Positions 48,380 through 59,193 of a stretch of DNA of 64,000 bases are shown one piece after another. The stretch comes from Candidatus Woesebacteria bacterium (GTDB taxonomy: Bacteria; Patescibacteriota; Microgenomatia; UBA8517). The stretch is taken from assembly GCA_016432525.1 (NCBI GenBank), contig CP066693.1, positions 288,815-352,814 of the forward strand, in the 5' to 3' direction. Within the stretch, counting starts at the first letter, position 1. Each line of letters starts with the position of its first letter. The notes below the pieces were generated by a model. The model was not told where the DNA came from and did not search any database. It saw only the letters and a list, made by a program, of their open reading frames with translations. The position numbers were made by a program, and so were the translations under genes.

Positions 48380-49600
48380 ATGTATAAAGATAGAATCAAG
48401 AAATTTTTAACCCCGGCAAATCTCAAATTAGGAGGAGTTTTTTTTGGACTATTTGCAGTAGCAACTCTTGCCTCTTGGGCAATTTTTACCTTTTTAAACA
48501 AGTCTCCTCAAATTTCTGAAATCAAATCAACAGGTGATATCTCAAAAGATAGAGCCGCGATTAAACCAGATCAGCCAAAATCAGAAGCCTGTCCCCTAAA
48601 TGGAGCCATGTATACAGTTGCTGAAAAAGCAATTTGGGGAAATCGAAGGCCTATTACAGCCATGATTGAAAACCATGCCGAATCTCGACCTCCAGAAGGT
48701 TTAAGTAAGGCAGATGTATTATATGAAGCTGTGGCAGAAGGTGGAATTACAAGATTTTTGGCAGTTTTCTACTGTGGAGCTGCAGCATCTGATGTAAAAA
48801 TTGCTCCAGTTAGAAGTGTTAGAATTTATTTCCTAAATTGGGCCGCAGAATATGCAGACTTCCCAATTTTCATGCATGTTGGAGGCGCAAATGATTACAG
48901 TGGCTCAGGCGATACAGCTCCTCAAGTTCGCGCTCTTGAAAAATTAGAATCCCTCGGTTGGCGTGTTCCAAAAGGTAACGATTTTGATACAACCTATGAT
49001 TCAGGCTATCCAATTTTCTGGAGAGATTATGAAAGACTTGGTCACGAAATAGCAACTGAGCATACAATGACAGCCTCATCAGATGAAGCGTACAAGGAAG
49101 CTGAGAAAAGAGGATTTGGTGCCCAAAAAGATGGCAAACCTTGGGATGCCAATTTTGTTAGCTGGAAGTTTACTGACGATGCTCCTACATCCTCTCCTCA
49201 AGCCTCTAAAATATCATTTAAGTTCTGGGATGATATGTCAGATTACAATGTTGACTGGCAATATGATTCAAAAAACAACAACTACCTTCGCTCTGATGGA
49301 GGAAAGCCTCACACAGACATGGATTATCAAAATATCCAACTCTCGGCTAAAAACGTAGTTGTAATGAAGGTAAAAGAAATTGGTCCAATTGATCGTAATT
49401 ATCATATGTTCTATCAAAATATCGGTTCAGGCGATGCCTTAGTTTTCCAAAATGGAAATGTAATTAAGGCAACCTGGCAAAAACAAAGCATTACAGACAG
49501 GACTAAATTCTTTGATGAAGCAGGAAAAGAAATTTCATTTGTCAGAGGAACAATTTGGATTGAAGCTATTCCACTTGGCAACCAAGTAGCGTATAATTAG
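48380..49600 (+). CDS. secreted/membrane-anchored protein, DUF3048-like
   Basis: N-terminal signal anchor; the segment PITAMIENHAESRPPEGLSKADVLYEAVAEGGITRFLAVFY resembles the DUF3048 N-domain. Confidence 0.55.
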   Translation: MYKDRIKKFLTPANLKLGGVFFGLFAVATLASWAIFTFLNKSPQISEIKSTGDISKDRAAIKPDQPKSEACPLNGAMYTVAEKAIWGNRRPITAMIENHAESRPPEGLSKADVLYEAVAEGGITRFLAVFYCGAAASDVKIAPVRSVRIYFLNWAAEYADFPIFMHVGGANDYSGSGDTAPQVRALEKLESLGWRVPKGNDFDTTYDSGYPIFWRDYERLGHEIATEHTMTASSDEAYKEAEKRGFGAQKDGKPWDANFVSWKFTDDAPTSSPQASKISFKFWDDMSDYNVDWQYDSKNNNYLRSDGGKPHTDMDYQNIQLSAKNVVVMKVKEIGPIDRNYHMFYQNIGSGDALVFQNGNVIKATWQKQSITDRTKFFDEAGKEISFVRGTIWIEAIPLGNQVAYN

Positions 49601-49625
49601 GGAAATTAAGCCTGCCCCAAACAAA

Positions 49626-50210
49626 ATGGCTAGTCTTTCAGATTTAATTACTTCAAAAGTTCGAATTAAAATTCTCGAACTTTTCTTATCAAATCCAAAT
49701 GAGATGTACCATGTCCGTGGAATTGTCCGAGAAATTAAAGAAGAAATAAATGCGGTCAGGCGCGAATTGGCAAAACTCGAAGAAGCAGGCATTGTCAAAA
49801 AAGAAGCTCGAGGAAATAGAATTTATTATTGGGCAAGAGATGAATACCCAATGTTTGGTGATTTAATCTCCTTAGTTTCCAAAACAACTGGTTTAGGCTC
49901 AATTCTTGTAACAAACCGCTCAAAAATAGGAAAAGTTTCGTTTGTCATGTTTTCAGGAAAATTTGCCAGAAGAAAGCCTAGAAAAAAAGAAGATGAGGTT
50001 GATATTTTAATAGTTGGAGATATTGTCCTGCCAGAACTTGCAGCTCTGATTCGTGCCGAAGAATCCAAAAGAGGTAAAGAAATTAACTACACAGTAATGA
50101 GCCGTGACGAGTTTGATTTCAGAAAAAAAAGGAGAGACCCCTTTCTTCTTGGAATTCTTGCAGCCTCTCGCACAATGGTCATTGGTGACGAAGAAGACTT
50201 AGTTGCTTAA
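49626..50210 (+). CDS. putative winged-helix DNA-binding protein
   Basis: N-terminal wHTH-like segment (SKVRIKILELFLSNPNEMYHVRGIVREI...LAKLEEAGIVKK); the C-terminal domain is unknown. Confidence 0.45.
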   Translation: MASLSDLITSKVRIKILELFLSNPNEMYHVRGIVREIKEEINAVRRELAKLEEAGIVKKEARGNRIYYWARDEYPMFGDLISLVSKTTGLGSILVTNRSKIGKVSFVMFSGKFARRKPRKKEDEVDILIVGDIVLPELAALIRAEESKRGKEINYTVMSRDEFDFRKKRRDPFLLGILAASRTMVIGDEEDLVA

Positions 50211-51519
50211 GAAGTACCTGTCTCTCATTCTCAATTTTTTTCTCTTCAACTTCTTTGAATAATGAATTTAAAATCTCACCAACTTTTGGCCCTGGCTTAA
50301 TTCCAAGTTCTTTCATTACATCCACTCCATCAATTTTTAAATCATGAACACTAAATGGCTGTTTTTGAACTTCCACAAGTCTCTTTTTAAACTCCTCAAG
50401 CCTCCAAGAAGTCTCAGTTGCTCCCCCTCCTAGTCTATCTGCAACTCTCAAATCAAGCATATCGGAAACATTCTCAAGTCCCACGTGTCTAATAAATCTT
50501 CTAATTGCCGAATCAGTCTGACCTTCACCAACACTAAACTGGTGCCATCGTACAAGTTTGTAAAGTTTGTCGCTATCTTTTCTTGAAAACCTAAGTCTCT
50601 CTGCTATTCTTTTTGCAATATGTGCTCCCACAACTTCATGGTTATAAAAAGTAATAACTCCACTCTCCAATTTTTTAAAGGTCTGTGGCTTTCCAATATC
50701 ATGAATTAGCGTTGCAAATCGAGTAATCGGATCATTTGATTTGCAGTATTTAAGTGACATTACAGAATGTGTTCCAACATCATAGATGTGATGTCGCTTT
50801 ATTGATTTCTGCTCCACCCCAAATCCTTTTTCAAGTTCTGGCAAAATCAAACGCAGTAATCCTGAGTCTTTAAGAAGTAATATCCCGTGGTCAGGATAGG
50901 GTGCCACAACAATCTTCAAAAGTTCATCTCTTACTCTTTCTCTTGAAATTCTATCAATCAAAAATGAATTGTCCTTTATTGCGTCCCACGTCTTTTCATC
51001 AATCTGAAAATGAAGCTCAGATGCAATTCTAATAGCTCTCATCATTCGAAGTGCATCCTCTGAAAAACACTCGTGGGGATCTCCAACAGCTCGAATCAAT
51101 TTATTCTTTAAATCCTCTTTCCCTTTATATAAATCAATCATTCTTAAACTCGGATCAATTGCCATTGCATTTATAGTAAAATCTCGTCTTTTTAAATCCT
51201 CCTCCAAAGTCTTTCCCCAGGAGACTTTATCAGGTCGCCTTTTGTCAGAATAGCTGTCCTCAGTTCTAAAAGTAGTTATCTCATATGGATTCTGATTTTC
51301 AACTGCAACTCCAACTGTTCCAAAACTATTATCATAGTAAGATTCGGGGAAAATTTTTTGAATCTCCAAAGGAGTTGCATTAGTCGTAAAATCCCAATCA
51401 TCAACTTTTCTTCCCATCAAAAGATCACGAACAGCCCCACCAACTACATAAATCTCAAAATGAGCGTCTTGAAATTTTTCAAGTATTTTAGTGACTTCTG
51501 CTGGTAAATTTATAATCAT
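50179..51519 (-). CDS. cca: CCA-adding enzyme (tRNA nucleotidyltransferase) with a C-terminal HD domain
   Basis: Pol-beta head motif GGAVRD...D.D and an HD motif LIHDIGK. Confidence 0.85.
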   Translation of the reverse strand: MIINLPAEVTKILEKFQDAHFEIYVVGGAVRDLLMGRKVDDWDFTTNATPLEIQKIFPESYYDNSFGTVGVAVENQNPYEITTFRTEDSYSDKRRPDKVSWGKTLEEDLKRRDFTINAMAIDPSLRMIDLYKGKEDLKNKLIRAVGDPHECFSEDALRMMRAIRIASELHFQIDEKTWDAIKDNSFLIDRISRERVRDELLKIVVAPYPDHGILLLKDSGLLRLILPELEKGFGVEQKSIKRHHIYDVGTHSVMSLKYCKSNDPITRFATLIHDIGKPQTFKKLESGVITFYNHEVVGAHIAKRIAERLRFSRKDSDKLYKLVRWHQFSVGEGQTDSAIRRFIRHVGLENVSDMLDLRVADRLGGGATETSWRLEEFKKRLVEVQKQPFSVHDLKIDGVDVMKELGIKPGPKVGEILNSLFKEVEEKKIENERQVLLKQLSLLRHQ

Positions 51520-51537
51520 TGTAATAAATTATACGAT

Positions 51538-53175
51538 ATGGGAACTCATAAATGGGAAATTTTAGATATTTCAGGCCAAAATATTATAAAAGTCCTTCTA
51601 AAAAACCGCGCAATTTATACTAAATCAGAAGAAAAAGAATTTTTCAATCCAGTTTCTCCTCTTAAACTTAGTCTAAAACAATTGAAAATAAGTCGCAAAG
51701 AAGTAGCAAAAGCAATTAAAAGGTTAAACCTGGCCAAAATTAATAAAGAAAAAATCTTTATTTACGGTGATTATGATGCAGATGGCGTTTGCTCAACTGC
51801 CATTTTATGGGAAGTCTTGTATAAGGAAAAACATGATTGTCTTCCGTACATTCCTGACAGATTCAAAGAAGGATACGGGCTAAATTCCGAAACTCTTAAA
51901 AAATTAAAAGAAGAAAATCCGGCTCTTAAATTAATTATTACAGTTGATAATGGAATTGTAGCCCACAACGCGCTGAAAACTGCAAAAGAGTTAAATCTTG
52001 ATGTGATAATAACTGACCATCACCAAAAAGATAAAAAAAAACTTGATGCTTTTGCAATTATTCACACAACCAAAATTTCTGGATCAGCTCTTGCTTGGAT
52101 TTTTGCAAGAGAAATATTAAAAAATTCTAAAGCTGTTGAAAATTCATTGGATCTTGTCGCAATTGGAACTATTGCAGATCAAATGCCGCAACTTAAAGAA
52201 AACAGATCATTTGTAAAACATGGTTTAGTTTTTTTGAAAAATACCAAAAGAAAAGGTCTTCAAGAAATCTTCAAAATCGGCCGAATTGATAAAAATAAAA
52301 TTGGAACATACGAGGTGGCATTTATGATTGCTCCAAGGATTAACGCAATGGGCAGGCTCTCTCACGCAATAGATTCTTTGCGTCTTCTTTGTGTAAAAGA
52401 TCTCAAAAAAGCCAAAGAATTGGCCAAATTAGTCAACAAAACAAATGAAGATCGCCAAAAAATAGTTGAGGAGATGCTTCTCCATGCAGAAAAAAAATTA
52501 GCCAAATCCACAAAAGACAAAATTATAATTTTAGATCACAAGTCATATCACGAAGGGGTAATAGGTCTAGCAGCCTCTCAAATAACAGAAAAATTTTATA
52601 GACCCTCAATCGTAATTTCCACAAAAGGTGATATTGCTAAGGCTTCAGCCAGATCAATTAAAGGATTTAACATAATTGAGGCTATAAGAGAAGTAGATGA
52701 TTTAATTCTCGAAGGAGGTGGTCATGAGATGGCAGCTGGCTTTAGCATAGAAAAATCAAAAATCAAAAAATTTAAGACAGCATTCAAAAAAATTTCCCAA
52801 AAATACTTAAATCAAGATCTCTTAACCAAAAAGTTAAAAATTGACACTAAAATGGAATTTGAAAAAATAAATTCAAATCTTTTGGAAGATCTAAAAAAAT
52901 TCGAGCCGACTGGCTCAGGTAATCACACTCCTTTATTTGCAACCATGGGTGTTACAGTGAGAGATGTAAAAAAAGTTGGTAGTGACCAAAAACATCTTAA
53001 GTTTACTCTAACAAAAAATGGCTTAACTTTTGATGCAATTGCCTTTAATTTTGCCGAAAAAAAGGGTAAAATCAAATCCCAATCAAAATTAGACATTGCC
53101 TATTTTCTGGAAGAAGATAATTGGGGATATCTTCCCAAAATTCAACTTAGAATTCGTGATTTAAAAATAAAATGA
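51538..53175 (+). CDS. recJ: single-stranded-DNA-specific exonuclease RecJ
   Basis: DHH motifs (YGDYDADG, ITDHH) plus DHHA1 and OB regions. Confidence 0.85.
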   Translation: MGTHKWEILDISGQNIIKVLLKNRAIYTKSEEKEFFNPVSPLKLSLKQLKISRKEVAKAIKRLNLAKINKEKIFIYGDYDADGVCSTAILWEVLYKEKHDCLPYIPDRFKEGYGLNSETLKKLKEENPALKLIITVDNGIVAHNALKTAKELNLDVIITDHHQKDKKKLDAFAIIHTTKISGSALAWIFAREILKNSKAVENSLDLVAIGTIADQMPQLKENRSFVKHGLVFLKNTKRKGLQEIFKIGRIDKNKIGTYEVAFMIAPRINAMGRLSHAIDSLRLLCVKDLKKAKELAKLVNKTNEDRQKIVEEMLLHAEKKLAKSTKDKIIILDHKSYHEGVIGLAASQITEKFYRPSIVISTKGDIAKASARSIKGFNIIEAIREVDDLILEGGGHEMAAGFSIEKSKIKKFKTAFKKISQKYLNQDLLTKKLKIDTKMEFEKINSNLLEDLKKFEPTGSGNHTPLFATMGVTVRDVKKVGSDQKHLKFTLTKNGLTFDAIAFNFAEKKGKIKSQSKLDIAYFLEEDNWGYLPKIQLRIRDLKIK

Positions 53176-54668
53176 CAAAAAATATTGAAAAAGATGTCCA
53201 AGCTCTAATCAAAAAAATAAAAATTTATAACCCGAAAGCTGACCTTAAAAAAATAAAAAAGGCTTTCGAATTTGCCAGCGTTGCCCATATAGACCAAAAA
53301 AGATTAAGCGGCGAACCATTCATTATTCACCCATTGGCAGTAGCAACAATTCTAGCTGATTTAAAACTAGACACAACTTCAATAATTGCAGGTCTTCTTC
53401 ACGACACAATAGAAGATGGAGGTGCCAAAAGAGAGGATATAGTCAAATTTTTTGGAGAAGACGTAGCGCTTTTAGTCGATGGTGTAACAAAAGTTACTTC
53501 ACTCAGGCTTAAAGGAAGTGACAAGGATGTTTTTGTTGAATCCTTAAGAAAAATGATTTTGGTTATGGCAAAAGATTTAAGAGTAGTTTTTATAAAACTC
53601 GTAGACAGACTTCATAATATGCAAACACTAGAGTTTCTCTCTGAAGAAAAACAGCTCGAAAACGCAAAAGAAACTCTAGAAATTTATGCTCCATTAGCTG
53701 AACGCTTAGGTATTAGTGAATTAAAAAGCAAACTTGAGGATTTGTCTTTCCCGTATGTTTATAAAAAGGAATTTAAAAAGCTAAAAAAAGACTCTGAAAA
53801 GTATTATGAAAGTGCCGAAAAACATATAGCACTTATCGAAAAAATTCTCGTAAGAAAACTCAATAGCCAAAATCTCGAATTCAAAATTCTAGCAAGAAAA
53901 AAACATTTATATTCACTTTTTAAAAAGCTGAAAAGAGTAGAAATTGATTGGAATTTTGAAAAAATTAACGATATAGTTGCTTTCCGGATTTTGGTTAACA
54001 AAATCTCTGAATGCTATACAGTTCTAGGAATCGTTCATTCAAATTTTAAGCCAGTTCCAACAATTGGTATTTCTGATTTTATCGCCCAACCAAAACCAAA
54101 TGGCTATCAATCAATTCACACTAAAGTTTTTGGGCCTAAGGGTAGAATTGTTGAAATTCAGATAAGAACTTTTAAAATGCACGAAGAAGCAGAAAATGGT
54201 ATTGCAGCACACTGGGCTTACTCCGAATTGAAAACACAAAACAATAAAAGCCTAGAGATAGAAAAAGGAATAAGTGTGCAATCAGATAAATTAACCTGGG
54301 TCAAAAAACTTGTTGAATGGCAAAAAGAAATATCAGACCCACAAGAATTTTTAAAATCAGTAAAGTTTGATGGATTCCAGGAAAGAAATTTCATTTTTTC
54401 TCCTAAAGGTGATGTTTTTGATTTACCAAAAAATGCAACTCCTGTTGATTTTGCCTATTCAGTCCACACAGACCTTGGAAGGGATCTTAAGTCTGCTCTT
54501 GTTAATGGAAAATTAGTGCCTCTTAATTACAAACTTAAAAGCGGGGACTTAGTTGAAATAATAAAAAACAAGAACAAAAAACTACCAAGTAGGCACTGGC
54601 TTGAATTTGTTGTAACAAGAGAAGCAATAAGACAAATCAACAAAGAATTGAGAAAAGGTGAGAGTTAG
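53172..54668 (+). CDS. rel: RelA/SpoT-family (p)ppGpp synthetase/hydrolase (short form without ACT)
   Basis: HD hydrolase motif (HPLAVATILADL...LLHDTIED), synthetase domain and TGS domain. Confidence 0.85.
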   Translation: MTKNIEKDVQALIKKIKIYNPKADLKKIKKAFEFASVAHIDQKRLSGEPFIIHPLAVATILADLKLDTTSIIAGLLHDTIEDGGAKREDIVKFFGEDVALLVDGVTKVTSLRLKGSDKDVFVESLRKMILVMAKDLRVVFIKLVDRLHNMQTLEFLSEEKQLENAKETLEIYAPLAERLGISELKSKLEDLSFPYVYKKEFKKLKKDSEKYYESAEKHIALIEKILVRKLNSQNLEFKILARKKHLYSLFKKLKRVEIDWNFEKINDIVAFRILVNKISECYTVLGIVHSNFKPVPTIGISDFIAQPKPNGYQSIHTKVFGPKGRIVEIQIRTFKMHEEAENGIAAHWAYSELKTQNNKSLEIEKGISVQSDKLTWVKKLVEWQKEISDPQEFLKSVKFDGFQERNFIFSPKGDVFDLPKNATPVDFAYSVHTDLGRDLKSALVNGKLVPLNYKLKSGDLVEIIKNKNKKLPSRHWLEFVVTREAIRQINKELRKGES

Positions 54669-54674
54669 GTTAAA

Positions 54675-55964
54675 ATGAGGCTCATGGAGAGAATTCTTGT
54701 AAAAGACACAACAAAAAAAATAGGAAAGAAAGTTCTTCTTAAAGGTTGGATCAATAATTTAAGGGATCACGGAAAAATTTCATTCATAGATCTACGTGAC
54801 AGATCTGGTATTATTCAAGTATTTGCAACTAGTGAGTTGTCAAATCAGGTTCATACCCAGTCAGCAGTTGAAATAGAAGGAGAAATTAAAAATCGCCCAG
54901 AAAAACTTATTAATCCAAATCTCGAAACTGGCAAAATCGAAGTTGAAGCCTCAAAATTAACAGTTATTTCAAAATCCCGTGAGCTTCCAATTGATATGGG
55001 AAAAGAAGAATTAGAACTTGAGTTACCCACTCTTCTTGATTTAAGACCATTAACCCTTAAAAACCCCAAACAAACTCAAATTTTCAAAATTCAAGCAGAA
55101 ATTGCAAAAAATTTCCGTGATGCAGCAGAGGCTCTTGATTGTACTGAAATTTTTGTACCAACAATTTCAGCTTCAGCAACAGAAGGGGGAGCAGAAGTTT
55201 TTAACATAAAATATTATGACAAAGAAGCCTTTTTAACTCAAAGTCCTCAACTCTATAAACAAATAATGGTAGGTGTTTTTGAACGAGTCTATACAATCTC
55301 TCACGCTTATAGAGCCGAGCCTTCAATTACAACAAGACATTTATCTGAAGTAGTGCAGCTAGATTGCGAAATTGGCTTTATTGACGGTTTTGAAGAGCTT
55401 CTAAACGCTTTAGAATTTGTAGGAAAATCTCTCGTTAAAGTGGGCGTTAAAGAAAAACCATTAGTTTCAACAAAAATTCCCAGACTTAAATTAAGAGAAG
55501 CACAAAAAATAATTGAAGAAAGAACAGGTCGAAATCTTACAAAAGAGATGGATTTAAATCCAGAAGATGAAATAGAAATTTGCGCTTGGGCACAAGAAGT
55601 CCACAAATCAGATTTTGTAACAATTACCCATTTTCCTACCAAAAAACGTGCATTTTATACCATGCCAGATCCTGAAGAACCCGAGTATAGCCTCTCTTAT
55701 GATCTCCTTTTTAGAGGAATAGAAATTTCAAGCGGAAGTCAACGTATAAACGATTACGACACTTTAGTAAAAGCAATCAAAGAAAGAAGTCTCAACCCTA
55801 AAGATTTTGAAATGTATTTAACTGCTTTTGAATATGGAATGCCGTTAGAAGGTGGTTTTTCCTTTGGCTTGGAACGTTTAACCATGAAGCTTTTAAATCT
55901 TCAAAACGTTCGCGAGGCCTCTCTTTTTCCTCGTGACATGAAACGCGTAGACAAACTGCTATGA
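54675..55964 (+). CDS. aspS: aspartate--tRNA ligase, archaeal/short type (possibly non-discriminating)
   Basis: N-terminal OB anticodon-binding fold; class II motif 2 (FERVYTISHAYRAEPS) and motif 3 (GGFSFGLERLTMKL); ~430 aa, which fits the archaeal-type size. Confidence 0.75.
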   Translation: MRLMERILVKDTTKKIGKKVLLKGWINNLRDHGKISFIDLRDRSGIIQVFATSELSNQVHTQSAVEIEGEIKNRPEKLINPNLETGKIEVEASKLTVISKSRELPIDMGKEELELELPTLLDLRPLTLKNPKQTQIFKIQAEIAKNFRDAAEALDCTEIFVPTISASATEGGAEVFNIKYYDKEAFLTQSPQLYKQIMVGVFERVYTISHAYRAEPSITTRHLSEVVQLDCEIGFIDGFEELLNALEFVGKSLVKVGVKEKPLVSTKIPRLKLREAQKIIEERTGRNLTKEMDLNPEDEIEICAWAQEVHKSDFVTITHFPTKKRAFYTMPDPEEPEYSLSYDLLFRGIEISSGSQRINDYDTLVKAIKERSLNPKDFEMYLTAFEYGMPLEGGFSFGLERLTMKLLNLQNVREASLFPRDMKRVDKLL

Positions 55965-56896
55965 ATTTAGGAAAACTGCTAGTTTTGATAATTCTTTTTG
56001 TCGCCTCTTCCTTTCTTGTTTTATCAGTAAATACTAAAAAACCCACAATTCACCAATTGCCTTTAAAAACTCCAACCCCAATATCATTTGAGGTAAGTCC
56101 ACTTCCTACTTTAAAAGACACCACTAATTTCCCAATTCTCTCAGCTCAAGGCGTTCTCGCAGTTGATTCAGATTCGGGTGTAATTCTTTATCAAAAAGAT
56201 ATAGATCAAAAACTTTACCCCGCTTCAACAACAAAAATAATGACAGCATTAGTTTCTTTAGACTTCTATAAAGACGATGATATTTTAACTATCGGAAAAT
56301 TAAATGCGATTGGCCAAAGTATGCATCTTATAGAAGGTGAAAAGATCTATTTTAAAGATCTTCTTTCAGGACTTTTAATTTATTCAGCAAACGATGCAGC
56401 AGAGGCTCTCGCTCAAAATTACACCGGCGGTCGAGATGAATTTATTGCAAAAATGAATGAAAAAGCAAAAAATTTAAACCTTGAAAACACTCACTTTGTT
56501 AATCCAACAGGTCTTGACCAGGAGAATCACTATTCAACCGCAAAAGACATGATTCGTCTGTCAGAAATTGCAATGCAAAATAAAAAATTCGCGAGTATAG
56601 TTAAAACAAAAGAAAAAATAGTAAGAAGCACAGATGGTAAACTTGTTCACTATCTTACAAATATTAATAAGCTTTTAGGAACAGTTGATGGTGTTGAAGG
56701 TATAAAAACAGGTTGGACAGAGGAAGCTCGCGAAAATCTTGTTACTTTCGTAGAAAGAAATAATAAAAAGGTCTATATAGCTCTTTTAGGAAGTCAAGAT
56801 CGTTTTGGTGAAACAAAAGAACTTATAAATTGGATATTTTTTAACTACGAATGGAAAAATTTAGCCTTCGCATCATATACATCTCAATCGCCATAA
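55961..56896 (+). CDS. D-alanyl-D-alanine carboxypeptidase (S11 PBP5/6 family)
   Basis: SxxK (ASTTKIM), SxN (YSANDAAE) and KTG (KTGWT) motifs. Confidence 0.8.
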   Translation: MNLGKLLVLIILFVASSFLVLSVNTKKPTIHQLPLKTPTPISFEVSPLPTLKDTTNFPILSAQGVLAVDSDSGVILYQKDIDQKLYPASTTKIMTALVSLDFYKDDDILTIGKLNAIGQSMHLIEGEKIYFKDLLSGLLIYSANDAAEALAQNYTGGRDEFIAKMNEKAKNLNLENTHFVNPTGLDQENHYSTAKDMIRLSEIAMQNKKFASIVKTKEKIVRSTDGKLVHYLTNINKLLGTVDGVEGIKTGWTEEARENLVTFVERNNKKVYIALLGSQDRFGETKELINWIFFNYEWKNLAFASYTSQSP

Positions 56897-57921
56897 AAAT
56901 CGCTTTTAATCATTGGTACATAAGAAACAAATCCTCTATCTCCCTCAAAAACAGTAATTGGTTGTAAAAATTGATCAGTTGAATTTCCGGGATCAAAATA
57001 TGCAAGATAAACTTTCCTAATAACTACATTTCCATCTCCATTTTGTCCCAGGGAAGCAACATACCCCGCTCCTGATTGTAGGTCTTTATAAGCATCCTGG
57101 GCTGTTTTAATAGGATATGTAGCAACCTGAGTCATATCCACAGGGAAATAATGATATTCTCCCGCGATTATATTTTTAGCTCCAGTTACCAAAAACCACA
57201 CATTACCTTCAGTTGGATTCATAGTTACAACAGGAAACTTGTCGTAATCCTGCCTAAAAAGATTCACCTTAACTATTTTAGCTTCAGACAAAGATAAAAC
57301 TGGAACAAGTTTGGCGTCAGCTACATTTAAAAAATCAACTTTCGATGTTCCTCCTTCAAGATCAGGAAACATTAATCCATTTGATGATAAAAAACTCTTG
57401 ACTTGCGAAACTGCAGAATCAGGGGTTGGTGGCAATTTAGAAAGAGCTTGCGGATCAGCAGATAGATTGTAACTGATAGAGAAAACCCCAGAAACAATAT
57501 TAATCTCCAGAGTAGATGGACTTGTTGGATCACTAAACCTCAAAACTGTTTCAGAAATTTTCTGCGGATCGCCTTTAAATCCCAATTTTTGAGCCTTTGC
57601 TTTAGCATCATCAAAAGAAAGAAGGCTAACATTTGACTTAGGCATAAAATAAACTTTTGATTGTGTAGAAAAAGTTGGGAGTGCTCCATTTGAAGTCTGA
57701 AGTTGAAAATTAAATTTAGGTAAATCTTTCTGATCAGGAAAAGAAATTTTAGGAAGTTTTCCAAAAGCAAGAGTAGGAGCAGGTGGAGGTTTTGGAAAAG
57801 CAGAGGTATATATATTGATAACAATTCCCAGAATAAATCTTCCAATAATTAAAAATATTATTCCATAAATTGTGTACCTTATAGTTTTCCTGGTGTTAGT
57901 TGCAATCGTTGTCAAAGACAT
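56884..57921 (-). CDS. hypothetical membrane-anchored extracytoplasmic protein
   Basis: 345 aa with an N-terminal TM anchor and no recognised domain. Confidence 0.45.
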   Translation of the reverse strand: MSLTTIATNTRKTIRYTIYGIIFLIIGRFILGIVINIYTSAFPKPPPAPTLAFGKLPKISFPDQKDLPKFNFQLQTSNGALPTFSTQSKVYFMPKSNVSLLSFDDAKAKAQKLGFKGDPQKISETVLRFSDPTSPSTLEINIVSGVFSISYNLSADPQALSKLPPTPDSAVSQVKSFLSSNGLMFPDLEGGTSKVDFLNVADAKLVPVLSLSEAKIVKVNLFRQDYDKFPVVTMNPTEGNVWFLVTGAKNIIAGEYHYFPVDMTQVATYPIKTAQDAYKDLQSGAGYVASLGQNGDGNVVIRKVYLAYFDPGNSTDQFLQPITVFEGDRGFVSYVPMIKSDFYGD

Positions 57922-57960
57922 TTCTTTGAGTATAGCCTCTCATGATGTTAAAATTCAATC

Positions 57961-59190
57961 ATGATACGAACTCGTTTCGCGCCCTCTCCAACTGGAAATT
58001 TGCACATAGGTGGTTTAAGAACAGCTCTTTATGCCTACGCTTTAGCAAGACACGAAGAAGGAAAATTTATTTTAAGAATTGAAGATACAGACAAAAAAAG
58101 AGAAGTAAAGGGAGGGGTAAAACAAATTCAAGAGATTTTAAAAAAATTCAATCTCAATTGGGATGAAGGTCCTTTTATCCAATCCGAAAGAGTAAAAACA
58201 GGCATTTATGAAAAAGCCGCTAAAAGATTAGTCAAAGATGGCCATGCATACGAAGATCAAGGGGCAATTCGTCTAAAAATTCCCCAAAATGAAAAAATTT
58301 CTTATCACGATTTTGTTTTAGCTAAAGAAATTACTTGGGACACAAACTCATTAACTGATTTAGTTATTTTAAAATCAGACGGTTTTCCCACATATCATCT
58401 TGCGGTTGTTGTTGATGATAATGATATGGGTATAACCCATGTTTTAAGAGGCCACGACTGGCTTCCTTCAACTCCAATCCATTTGCTTATATATAAATAT
58501 TTAGAACTAACTACACCAAAAATTGGCCATCTTACAGATATCTTAGATCCAGAAGGGGGAAAGCTTTCAAAAAGAAAAGGGAGCACTTCAGTTGAAGGCT
58601 TATTAAAGGAAGGATATTTGCCAGAAGCAATTCTAAATTTTGTAATGTTACTGGGTTGGGCACCAAAAGATAATAAAGAATTCTTCACTTTAGATGAGTT
58701 TATAAAAGTTTTTGACTCCAAGGGTTTTCAAAAATCAAACCCAGTTTTTAATAGAGAAAAACTCGATTGGTTCAATGGTCAACATATTCGAAAACTTTCA
58801 GATGAGAATCTAACTCAAAAAATTTCAGAATTTTATAAAAATAAATTCGAAAAAGAAAAAATCGTTCTGATAATTCCTTTAATTAAAGAAAGAATTAAAA
58901 AACTTTCTGAATTTAACTCTATAGCTGGCTTTTTCTTTGAAAATCCAAAAGTAGACAAAAAACTTTTTGGTAAAAACTACAGAGATCACATCCCAAAAGC
59001 AATCGAAGGATTAACCAATAACAAAGAACTGATAGACATAGCAAAAGAAAACAATTTTAAAGTAGGTGATTTCTTTATGGACTTAAGAGTAGCAGTGACA
59101 GGAAACAAAGTTACTCCTCCATTTAATGAATCAATTGAAATTTTGGGTCATGAGAAAACTTTAGAAAGACTAAGAATTGCTCTAAAATAA
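57961..59190 (+). CDS. gltX: glutamate--tRNA ligase (short, 409 aa)
   Basis: PSPTGNLHIGG (HIGH motif) and KLSKRKG (KMSKS motif); reduced anticodon-binding region. Confidence 0.85.
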   Translation: MIRTRFAPSPTGNLHIGGLRTALYAYALARHEEGKFILRIEDTDKKREVKGGVKQIQEILKKFNLNWDEGPFIQSERVKTGIYEKAAKRLVKDGHAYEDQGAIRLKIPQNEKISYHDFVLAKEITWDTNSLTDLVILKSDGFPTYHLAVVVDDNDMGITHVLRGHDWLPSTPIHLLIYKYLELTTPKIGHLTDILDPEGGKLSKRKGSTSVEGLLKEGYLPEAILNFVMLLGWAPKDNKEFFTLDEFIKVFDSKGFQKSNPVFNREKLDWFNGQHIRKLSDENLTQKISEFYKNKFEKEKIVLIIPLIKERIKKLSEFNSIAGFFFENPKVDKKLFGKNYRDHIPKAIEGLTNNKELIDIAKENNFKVGDFFMDLRVAVTGNKVTPPFNESIEILGHEKTLERLRIALK

Positions 59191-59193
59191 AAT

